A stretch of 64,000 nucleotides of DNA, from positions 2,927,801 through 2,991,800 of the forward strand of contig OZ316891.1 in assembly GCA_973895155.1 (NCBI GenBank). Direction: 5' to 3'. Numbering within the stretch: the stretch's first letter is position 1; each line of letters opens with the position of its first letter. This DNA is from Marsupella aquatica (taxonomy: Eukaryota > Plantae > Marchantiophyta). The position numbers were made by a program, and so were the translations under genes. Shown here piece by piece: positions 49,061-58,895 of the stretch. The notes below the pieces were generated by a model. The model ran no database searches. It worked only from the letters and a program-made list of their open reading frames with translations, and had not been told where the DNA came from.

Positions 49061-50812
49061 CTAGGCAGAAAACTTCACACCATCGTCATCTGCAGCACTT
49101 CCTTTGAACATAACTGCTTTTCCGGAATTCTCTAATACCTTTATAGCACGGACGAGCACGATCCTGTCTATCCCAGCAAGATCTGTGAAAAACCACAGAC
49201 AAAATGTGATGACTTCTTAAATAGGAAAGGCACGGAGCCCTGGTCCCAAACTAGCTAAGATGAAAAAATAAAATTTACCAGACAGGACATTCAAAGAACC
49301 TATCACTGAGCAAACGTTCAGGCCCGTTCGCCACAGCATGGATGAAGCACCATACATAGACAACATGCTTGCTTATGGAACGCCACCTGCTGGATAAGAA
49401 GGAGACTCTATATGACCGATGCACAAAACTGAAAGTAAAGAGGTCGCGAAGAGGTATGTACTGGGAAAAGAGATACTATGCTCGCTGAGATTCCTGAGTT
49501 TCAAATTTTTGAAATGTTTCGCTAACCCCCAAACACAATCAGGACCACAGCTCAACAAGAAAGACCACACATATTGAAGGACTCGTAGCAAACAGGGGCT
49601 CCGCGGCTAGGTCAAGGAGAGCACCTGTGCCACGAGTCTCATCTCCCGACTGGATCTCCTGAATAGTCATAACTCCATCCTCAAATCCGTACTCTCTGAC
49701 CTGCAAATTTTCCAGTGACAGAATTCATTAAGAATATCACTGAGGTTTGAGAATCTCACTAGAATAGGAAAGACCAATTGACCATATTTGCTTTCCACTA
49801 GCAAAGTCAATCAGGTAGCCATGACTTACCAAAATGGGATTCTTAACAGTGTTAGAATCCAACTTAAGCAACGAGACAAATGTAGGCCCATCATGCAAGC
49901 CCAAGGAACTCAGCGCATACGGAATTCGATGCTAAGGAAGGCTATGCTCACAAAATATCAGCGCACACGGAGATCGATGCTCTGGAAGGCTATGCTCACA
50001 AAATCTAGAAGCACTTTGGCCCATTCGTTTACGGTGCGCCAGAGAATGAGGCACTTTCGATGCCCTTTGTCTAACCATTCCGCCTTGCCTGCATAGTTTT
50101 CAACAGAGACAGATCCCGGAATCTGGTTCACAACGGAAAGAATGCGCGGTAATCGACGGACAAAATGAAAACAGTAGTCGACTCATTATCAAAATTTAGA
50201 GCACGAAAGTCCGGTCACACACCAACCTTCACTCACAAGGGCTCGGAGAAAAAGTTCTCGGGCTTCATGGCTCAATTTTCCTGCTCATGACAGCAAAGCC
50301 ATTAACGAATTATTCAGTAGAATACAGAAATCTTGGAGGACACCAATTAACTCGCGACTCGCAGGATATAGTCAGAGGCACACCGTCAGAACTCAATTTA
50401 ACCTAAACGAAAAGCTCGACCAGAATGGGACCGGACCACTTACTATCAATGGAAGAGTTCACAAAAAGGGGAAACTCTTCGTCCAAACTGACAACGAAGA
50501 TCTTGTAAGCTTTGCAGTACTTGAGAATAAGCTCCTTCCAGAGCTGAATTTGCTTCTCTCTCGTATCCCTAACTGGCTGCAAACTGCGGAACAAAAGCGG
50601 ACACCAAGCACACCCCCAAATTCCGCTCAAACTCAGACCCTAATCCAGAGACGACCATTATCACGAGTTCAAGGAAGAACAATGTCCAATTCATCCAGCG
50701 AGCTGGCAGATACCTGCCCAAATGCTTGAATTCATCAACAAATATACCTAAGAAATCCTTACGTGAAGTAGGGCGGATAGTTGTAGAAGTATGGCAACTT
50801 GAATTGCTCCAT
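49061..50812 (-). CDS. VPS25: ESCRT-II subunit VPS25, 176 aa; exons 50812-50763, 50583-50444, 50280-50227, 50088-50000, 49700-49625, 49182-49061
   Basis: Spliced translation MEQFKLPYFYNYPPYFTLQPVRDTREKQIQLWKELIL...KAEWLDKGHRKCLILWR...DDDGVKFSA* has the Vps25 PPxFTLQP and GVKF hallmarks. All introns are GT-AG and the 531-nt CDS is phase-consistent. Confidence 0.93.
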
Positions 50813-51999
50813 GAGCTCTGGCTCTAGACCGCCTCTGCTGGCTGGATGCTCCACAGTCCAGCCCAGCCCAGACCACTCTAGTACAATCGATTCGGAAGTG
50901 AGGCAGTTCAACATGCACCGCAAAGACGAACAGATCGGCCGAGTTCTCTTCTTCCGTAATTCAACTGTTACTGAAGGATCTCAGTTATTGAAGGATGTCA
51001 GTTCGAGCAAGGAATTCTTTCCACTTCTTTACACACTCAATCTCTCAACCCAAATCTTGACAACACCGTCTACGCCCGAGCAAGCAGAAAATTTCAGAAG
51101 AGAGATACCGTAGCTTAATTACAGTTGTGAAGACTTTCTTTGCAGAGCTCAAGAACCACTCTAGAATATTTTGCTGAAGACTTTCTTTGCCAATAAGAAT
51201 AATATGCTTACAAAACACTCATCAATGATAAAGTACATAAGGCGTTCCTTTGTATTTTTTCATCTCATTTCAGCGTCCGAGTGAGTGAAAAAAACAATGA
51301 TATGTATCACAAGCTGTGCGCACATCAAAAATGTTTATTTTCATCATGTAGCATCATGTTTAGGGTTCCTGCACAACCTGTGCACACATCAAAGTATATA
51401 TATTTTCACCTCACCTCTAGCATCTTTTTGGTGTTCTTGCAGGGGTCTCCCAGCACTGGGGTACTCCAACATGAACCACAAAGACAAATCCTCTCTGCCA
51501 TGATTAAGGTGTTATGGAAGGATCTTTGTGTGAGCAAGAACTTCTTTCCACTTCTGGACAAACTCAGGATGGCTTTACAAGACAAGGAGGCTGGGCAAGG
51601 GGAGCATTATCTTGTTTTTATTCTCTCTAGGCTCACTCAGATTAAATCTGGACCATGTATAAGTAGAAACCTTAGCATTGACTTTGCAAAAACTCGAGGG
51701 CCCATTAATAAAGGTGTGATATGATATGATATGATATGAAAGTGCAAGAGATTATGTACAAGGTAACTATGGCAACGTAGGGAACTGAACTCCTTCACTC
51801 TAATGAGCACCTGGCCGTTGCACGTACATAAGTGGGGAATCCACTAGAAACCTTCTACTCCTAGTCAAACGTATATTAGAGACTGCCAAAAACGTTATAC
51901 AACTAAATATAAATGTTTCATATGTATCCATCAGGGTTTTACATGTCCATCTGAGCTTCCACTTGCATTTGTTTTAGTATAATCTGTACAGGAGTTACT

Positions 52000-53620
52000 A
52001 TTTCATGTGAATGGCTTTTCTTCCCCCTATCGGCATTCCCATTCGCACATCTTGCATTATGGCCTTGGGGGTGCCTTTCAGCGAGGTGGCCTTTGAGCAG
52101 GATTCTTGCAGGTCGCACTTTCACAAGATATTCTCCACATTGACCAGCTTGTGGCTTTGGGGAATGTCCATATTGCCTTCATGATTCTGGTCAGTGTTTT
52201 GCCCGATGCCCGTCCTACCTTCTTTGGACTGCCTCCCGCCCCCCAGTCCAGGGTTTTGACTCTACTCTTGTCCTTTGACACCTCAGTGATGACTACTTTT
52301 GGTCTCATTGGCCCTGGAGCCCTTGATGGAGACGGTGGTTCTTTTGCAGCCCAACAACACATCTTTGCCTCCTTCTATAGGAGTCCTGGCATTTCTTCAG
52401 TTGTTTCTTCTGCCCCCTGTGCTTTCCTTGGTTGTTGGGCATAGGTGGCTCCCGTTCTGGCTCAGTTTCGGGCTGCCCGGTCCCTGTTGCATGAGGTGGT
52501 CAAGAGTGTTGTTCCTGCATTTGAGGAGGTTGTTTTGGATAGTCTGGATTGTGCTTAGCACGTGATTTCGGGTCACATGCACAGTGACACCCTTTCTAGC
52601 ATGCTCTCTGAGTCCATCGGACACCGTTCGGGTACAAGGTGGGGGCCTGGCTATCGGCTCTTCCTCTATGGGCCCCATTTTGTATGAGCTCTTTTATTTT
52701 CACTACATCCTTATGCCTTCGACTTTGTCTCCCCCATCCCTGCCTCCTAGGCCAGCCCATCCTGTGTTTGTGGGGTGTCCTTGTTCCCCAAGGAGTCCAT
52801 ATTCTTTGGTGCTGCCATGGTAGCGAGAGGACTGCGACCTATGATGGCACCCGTGATGTAGTGGCCCGCAACTCTGGCTCGGGCTCTGGCTATCATGTTA
52901 CGATGGAGGAGCTCCATGTGCTGCTCCCTCAGATTGGTGTTCCTTTCAACGCCCTGTTGATCTGGTCCTTTCCCAAGCTAGTGTACGGGCCATTGGCAAT
53001 GGGGTCATTGCAGATCTTACTGGTGGGACTCATGTTTTGGTTGCAGCCCATGTTTAGGCCATTTTGCAGCCAAGGCAACACTAATGAAGGAGGAGCCTTA
53101 TGCTATTTGTTACCCTAGGGATATTTTTTATCCACTTGTTGTGGAGGTCTCCGGGTCCCTACACCCAATTTTTGACTGTTTTCTCCATAACTGTGCACTC
53201 TTTTGTGTTGAGCAACGGTCTTATCCCCCTGTTTCACTCCTCACTAGCTTCTTTGGCAACAAGTGTTTGTTGCTCTTTAGCGGTCCCAGGCTTTCACTAT
53301 CTTTCGGCGGGCCAAGCTGGTTGGTTTTAGGGCTTCTAGTCAAATCCCTCTTTGTGACCCTCCTATGTTGTTCACCCCAAAGCTCTACCAAGTGTTTCAG
53401 AGCTCAATAGTGCTTTTGGGCCATTGTCATTCAGACTTTTGAGCTTTGGCTGTTTGGACTTTGGCTGTTGGGCTTTTTGGCCCTTTGGGCTTCCTTGCTT
53501 TTGTCCTTTGTTTGCCCCCCTTCTATTGGATTTTTGGCCATTGGGATCCTCTCTCCCGGTCTAGTGTTTTTGTTCCTTTGCAGTTACTTATATACAGTAG
53601 TAGAGTTTTCCATCAAAAAC
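52000..53620 (+). mobile_element. Highly decayed LINE-like 3' fragment (boundaries approximate)
   Basis: Trp/Cys-rich remnants resembling an L1 ORF2 C-terminus (C..C...HLLW), a T-rich 3' UTR and an end in CATCAAAAA. No intact RT motif was seen. Confidence 0.3.
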
Positions 53621-54069
53621 TATAATAAGTGGTCCCGCCACTTTTTAGAGTGGTCGTATTACAAATTAACTTCAGGGTTTCCAGGAAAGCAAGACGCGGA
53701 GGGGGAAGAATCTTTCTTGATCCTCCACTTGAAACTCCTTAGTCTCTCCCATTGATATCCTCATTTTTCCAGTAGAGTCAATGCTCCAATCCCTAGCCAA
53801 TGTCTTCTTTGTATCCTCCCTTGCCCAATGTACTCCCCATGTGCCATGCAATGCAAGGCAAGTGTGTTACTTTGCCCCCTCCCTTTGGTACTCCCATGAA
53901 ATGAGTACATTTGGTGAAATATACTTGGCAAAATTGAATATGTATTTGAATGAAATAGCAACTGGTTGGAGGCCAATCTACTATGGGCTGGGGTGGCAGG
54001 GTTTAGAGATCAATATATGAGGGGATCACCTCATATGACACCATCTTTTACATAACATCATGGTTTGTG

Positions 54070-57000
54070 TGTGATGCCTAGACAGGAATCACTCGGCCGG
54101 TTAAGTGGGTAAAGCAGGAAGGCACCCTAGGAACACCTTAGTATAGGGACAAAACAAGGAAAATATAAACAATTAGGGGCAACCATGGAACCCGGGCAGA
54201 GGCCGGAGGTAAGGCTGAGGGTGAAAACCCGATTAGGGTTAGGGCGCGTTAAGCGTCGGCGGCTAGGAAGGATCAACGGGAAGAAGGACCGGCAGAGGAG
54301 AGGGGTAAGGAGCGCTTGCAGGAGATGGTGGCTCATTTGCGAGCACGAACTAGGCAGACGACTACGGGAGGCCAACTACTGTCAGCTGCTTAGGCAAGCA
54401 CTCGGGGAGAGAGTAGATACCGACGATCGACCTAAGGAGGGTATGAGCAACGTCAATCAAGCGGCACATTTCTGGGGATGCCTGTTCGAACGGGCAACTG
54501 AGTACATCAAGACTTACGAGGACGAGGAGTCAGAAAGGGCAGCTCGAGAACGGCAGGAGCTCGCTCGATTGTGGGAGCTGCAGAAGACGGCTTTCTTAGG
54601 AGGCGAACTCATCAAGGACGAGTTCCTGTGGACGCCTACTTCCAATCAACTCGACGATCTTCTGTTTTGCAAAGACAGTGTCGTCGGCATCCGAGAGGCC
54701 ATCAAGAACTGCAACGACATACACTGGGAATTAAAGGGTAGCACGAAAAGGTGGACCCAGGCAACGGTGCTAGGAGAAACCTCCACGGCAACAGAGATGA
54801 AGAGGAAGGGGGCCGTCAACGATGAAGCCACCCCGGCAAAAAGAACGAGGTCGGCGGCACCAAAGAGGCCAGCCGAGCAGCAGAGCAGGAGGCAGGGAGA
54901 AGCCGAAGAGGAGGAGGTCGATCCCATCAAGGCCATTCCAACCAGGGATGACACCTGGAAGGGCTGGGCGGCAACCCTACCGGTGGAGGTGCAACTACAT
55001 TTTGCACGGGAGGAGGATGCATGCTTTACGGCCATGCAGACCAAGAAGTACCAAGGCTTCATGGCCGGATCCGGCTTGGAGGCCTTTGTAAGATTACCAT
55101 GGCTGAAGCCGGAGGTACCGGAGTCAGACCTATTAGAATTCGTGGGGTCATGGGAACCCGAGACCAATTGCACGAGGATATATGGGAAGGATTTCTATCT
55201 TACTCCCAAGGTAATTGCCGAAGTGTTTGGCTTGCCGATAGGCAATAAGACCAAAGTTGATACCAGGAAGACCCTACCTGACAAGGAGTTCCGGTCGTTC
55301 CCCGGGCCATCAACGAAGAATGGCTTCTTCCGGAACACCTGCACCAACCCGCACATAGGAGAGATGATCGACTTCTTGCGGGTGACCATGCATTGTAACT
55401 TGCCGAGGGCAGAGATCGGCAAGGCACAGGTCTATCTGGCAGAAAGGCCAGACCCAAGCCGGGACTACAACGGGTACCTCCTCAACCAATTGAAGAAGAT
55501 CTTAAAGGAGGAGCAGCAGGTAATCGGCATGGGGAGCGTGTCGCGGCTTGGCTATCACATGCCGCTGTTGTGCCGGTATGCCAGAGGTCAGACTTTTGCC
55601 CCGGTACTTCCCCTGCAGGTAAGGGCACCCGAGGAAGCTCCAACGCCGAGGCCGTTGGCTGAGAAGCCTCAACCACCTGTTAGTCCTACGATCGAGCAGG
55701 TGTTTAGGCCCAGGAAGGAAGACTTGCCGATGCAGCAACCAGGCATGCAGAGTCTGCTGAAACTACTGGAGAAAGAAAAGAAATCGGCATCGGCAACAAC
55801 AACGGCAACGGCAACAATGCAGGACACTACTACAGAGGTAGGCCTACACCGGCTCACAAGAGAAAACCCCTTTGCTGGAGACAAGGAGAGAATCAGGCCG
55901 GAATCCAAGCCAGGTGTTCGAATGTACGTGGGAACCTCAAGCTCCGAATCTGAGGCAGAATTGCCTGAAGCTCCTACCGACGAAGAGGAGAGGGAGAAGC
56001 CGGACGTCCAAGAGGTAGAGGAGGCAGTGGAGGACTGCAGCCATGATAATTCCGGCTATGGGTCGGACCATCACGTTCCAGGAGTAAGGACCTGTGGCCG
56101 GTTTGTCCCCACACTTCCAAGGGTAGTGCGAGGGGACCCCAACCAGCAGAGTAGCCCTGAGTCTCCCCCACCAGATGTTGCTCCCCTGAGCTTCGACGGC
56201 ATAAAACAGATGGTGCAGGAATTTCAGGAGCGAATCAAGCAGGAGGAAGAGGCCGCCCTGGCTAAGGAAAAGGATTTACCAGGAGGAGATTGGCCGGAGG
56301 ACATCAGGCGGCTAGCCGAAAAAGGAAGCAAACCTCTAGCCACGATTGAAGAGATCCGCAGGACGGCTTGGGAGCAGAGGCCACGATGGGCGATGCCGAT
56401 CACTTCTACTTACTCCACCTACGCTAAGAATAGAGCCATGGAGTATGGTGAGATGTGTGGGGAACTTGCGCTCGGCATATTTGGAGAGGAGTTGGAGGTA
56501 GGACCCTTTTTCCATAGGGAGCAGTTGGAGAAGCACCAATTAGAAGAAGCGGTGGCTTTAGAGAGAAGCAAGAAGGACGAGGTCATTCGGCGGCTTAGGA
56601 GGATGGAAGCCGAGATTGAAGATCTAAGGGCGGCCAAGAAAGCCCAAGATGAACTGCGGATTAAACGACATGAGCTGAACATCATGCAGGGGCAGTTGGA
56701 CACCGCGCAGGCTGATAATCAGAATATCAAGGATAAACTAACTCAGACGCAGGGAGAGTTGGCCGACACGATCAAAGAGAGGGAGAAGTGGAAGCAAGAG
56801 CTGAAGAATACAGAGGAGGCCCACATAACAGCCAACAGCCGGGCCATGGCGGAGACCCAAAGAAAGGAATGGGCGTTGAAAGGGGAGCTCAAGAAAATCC
56901 GCGGAGCCCTTGAGCAGAAGGAGGTCGAGTTAGGGAAATCCTATCAAGGGATTATGGCGCTGCAGCAGGAGCTTGCGTCCCTGACGGCCAGCTTCAAGGC

Positions 57001-58705
57001 CGACCTAAGGGAGAAGGACGAGATGCTCGAACAGACTTACGCCAAGATGAACCAGATGGAGTCTGTCATCATTGCAGAGCTCGACAAGGAGCTAAGAGCA
57101 ACCCAGGAGGAGAGGGCTACCTTGAAGAAGGAATTGGAGGAAGCCCACAGGGAGCAGGAGGAGGCCAAAAACGAGCTGGAGGGGGCACGTAAGGACCTGG
57201 ATGAAACCCAAGAGGAGTTGGAGGAAATCACGAGGAAGATGGAGAACCTACAGCGGCGGGCCGACAACCAAACAGAGCGGCTGAAGAAACAAGCCGCAGT
57301 ATTTAAATGCTTAGCTGCAGCAGGTCCATCTCCCGTTGGGACAAACCAGTTACCAGGGGTGGTAATTGCCGAAGGACAAGCCGCGCCAACTGCACCAGTG
57401 CCGGAAGTAAGTGGGAAGGGGAAGGGACCAGCTGCCGAGCCACCAACGAAGAAGAAGCGGAAACCTTCAGGGTCAAGGAGTAATACGACTTCACAGGCCG
57501 TGGTGATCAAGGAGGTAGACCCAGCACCGACCCCAGACAGGGTCACGGCTAAGGATCCAACTACCCTAGGGGAAGGGGAGGCCGAAGCCGTGGGAGTGGC
57601 TGAGGCCGAAGCCGTGGGTATTGCCGAGGCCGGTGTCGAGGCTGAAGCCGAAGGTGGACCCAGTCAGGCCGATGGAGAGTTGACTCAATCAAGGGCAGGT
57701 AATCTGTCAGAGAATGAACCTACGGCAGTGGCTGAGGAGGAAGCGTTGGGGGCGTCCATTAAGGATCCACCACCGGTGTCGTGACGGTGCAAGGGCGCCG
57801 TTCCTTTTAGGGAGGGCGGACGTGGAGGGAGGAGGCGTGAGTGGGCAGGGCGGGCGCGGATCTCCACGTTTAGGATTAGGATCAGAACCAGGAGCGGCCC
57901 TGACACTTAGCTTAGTGGGATTGCGGTCCCACTGGTAGGAGCAACACTTGTGCTCCTGCCTTGCTGTACATAGGTAGATTCGGGCAAGTAGATTACTGTT
58001 AAGTAGATTAGGCTTACGATGCAAAGAATGGCGGATCCACTACCAGGATAAGTACCTGGGCAGCGGGGAGCTCAGGGCCTCTTCTTTAGCAAGTTTTTAG
58101 TTTGCACCAGCCGGGCTGGGATCAAGTAGTACGAGAAGCTCTCGGTTAGTCATACAGTGACCCTTGTGTATATTCATGTTTCCTCATGCCTAAGAGCTGA
58201 ATAGAGTTGGCCTCACGGCTTAGTTCGCAGAACTTGTGTATGAGATGTACTGTTTGTATGGCAAGTGCATGGTATGACTCAGTCAGAATGAGTCATTTTG
58301 CTATTTGTGTGTCGCATTAACTTGTGTGAAGAGTGCCCACATCAACAGAAGGAAGGAAAGTAAGCAGGGGAGTGAGAGTTGGATGTGTCGAGCTGAGAGA
58401 GGTCTTAGCGGCTTAACCAAGCCTATTGGGGATCATTCCGGCGGCGGAATCCAAACATACCTAACAAGACAGAGGGGAAGACAGGGGAAGACAGGGGAAG
58501 GCCTATATTAGGCCGGCTACGTATCTCATGACCCGATGAAGGATCTGTCCAGTATATGTGTGTAAAATGTTAATAGTAGTAGTAGAAGGTTAGCAGCGTC
58601 CCATGCCGCTAAGCCGCAGAAACGGCCTCGCCAAGCACGAAACCTGCGGGAATCGGCTTGAGCTGGGGGGTTTCTTGGGTTTAGGGAGCCATGGGACGCA
58701 CCACA
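54070..58705 (+). mobile_element. Solo LTR (4636 bp) of the giant-LTR Gypsy family
   Basis: TGTGATGCC...GCACCACA termini identical to those of 13546..8880. Perfect 5-bp TSD TTGTG at 54065-54069 and 58706-58710. No PBS or PPT adjacent. Confidence 0.95.
54185..57784 (+). CDS. LTR-encoded 1199-aa protein: Arg-rich N-terminus, NLS-like motifs, plant-transposon/PMD-like core, long coiled coil, acidic tail
   Basis: Uninterrupted 3.6-kb ORF with a good start context (AACCATGG). Amino-acid sequence is conserved against two diverged copies in the window. Confidence 0.85.
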   Translation: MEPGQRPEVRLRVKTRLGLGRVKRRRLGRINGKKDRQRRGVRSACRRWWLICEHELGRRLREANYCQLLRQALGERVDTDDRPKEGMSNVNQAAHFWGCLFERATEYIKTYEDEESERAARERQELARLWELQKTAFLGGELIKDEFLWTPTSNQLDDLLFCKDSVVGIREAIKNCNDIHWELKGSTKRWTQATVLGETSTATEMKRKGAVNDEATPAKRTRSAAPKRPAEQQSRRQGEAEEEEVDPIKAIPTRDDTWKGWAATLPVEVQLHFAREEDACFTAMQTKKYQGFMAGSGLEAFVRLPWLKPEVPESDLLEFVGSWEPETNCTRIYGKDFYLTPKVIAEVFGLPIGNKTKVDTRKTLPDKEFRSFPGPSTKNGFFRNTCTNPHIGEMIDFLRVTMHCNLPRAEIGKAQVYLAERPDPSRDYNGYLLNQLKKILKEEQQVIGMGSVSRLGYHMPLLCRYARGQTFAPVLPLQVRAPEEAPTPRPLAEKPQPPVSPTIEQVFRPRKEDLPMQQPGMQSLLKLLEKEKKSASATTTATATMQDTTTEVGLHRLTRENPFAGDKERIRPESKPGVRMYVGTSSSESEAELPEAPTDEEEREKPDVQEVEEAVEDCSHDNSGYGSDHHVPGVRTCGRFVPTLPRVVRGDPNQQSSPESPPPDVAPLSFDGIKQMVQEFQERIKQEEEAALAKEKDLPGGDWPEDIRRLAEKGSKPLATIEEIRRTAWEQRPRWAMPITSTYSTYAKNRAMEYGEMCGELALGIFGEELEVGPFFHREQLEKHQLEEAVALERSKKDEVIRRLRRMEAEIEDLRAAKKAQDELRIKRHELNIMQGQLDTAQADNQNIKDKLTQTQGELADTIKEREKWKQELKNTEEAHITANSRAMAETQRKEWALKGELKKIRGALEQKEVELGKSYQGIMALQQELASLTASFKADLREKDEMLEQTYAKMNQMESVIIAELDKELRATQEERATLKKELEEAHREQEEAKNELEGARKDLDETQEELEEITRKMENLQRRADNQTERLKKQAAVFKCLAAAGPSPVGTNQLPGVVIAEGQAAPTAPVPEVSGKGKGPAAEPPTKKKRKPSGSRSNTTSQAVVIKEVDPAPTPDRVTAKDPTTLGEGEAEAVGVAEAEAVGIAEAGVEAEAEGGPSQADGELTQSRAGNLSENEPTAVAEEEALGASIKDPPPVS

Positions 58706-58895
58706 TTGTGCAATGCCATCTTTTATACATTGACATCTTTTGTACAATGTCATATTTTACACATTGACATCTTTTGTGCAACAATGTAATTTAATTGACA
58801 ACATCTTTTGTGCAAAGACATCTTGGACTTAATGACATGTTCTGGGCAACCGTTTATGCAATATCTTTTACACAATGACATCTTCTGTGCAACAA
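58706..58895. repeat. Degenerate minisatellite (ACATTGACATCTTTTGTGCA-like) into which the solo LTR inserted
   Basis: Repeated ACATCTTTT units; a related CCATCTTTTACA lies on the left flank at ~54040. Confidence 0.6.

Noticed and set aside
54164-54169. TATAAA just upstream of the LTR ORF as its promoter
   Set aside because: It is only ~15 nt before the ATG, so a normal TATA-to-TSS distance would start transcription after the start codon. It is conserved in all three LTRs, but its role is unresolved.
54185-57784. The 1199-aa ORF as a host myosin/SMC/kinesin gene or as an env gene
   Set aside because: It is intronless, lies wholly within LTR termini with a TSD, and shows no ATPase motifs or transmembrane segment.
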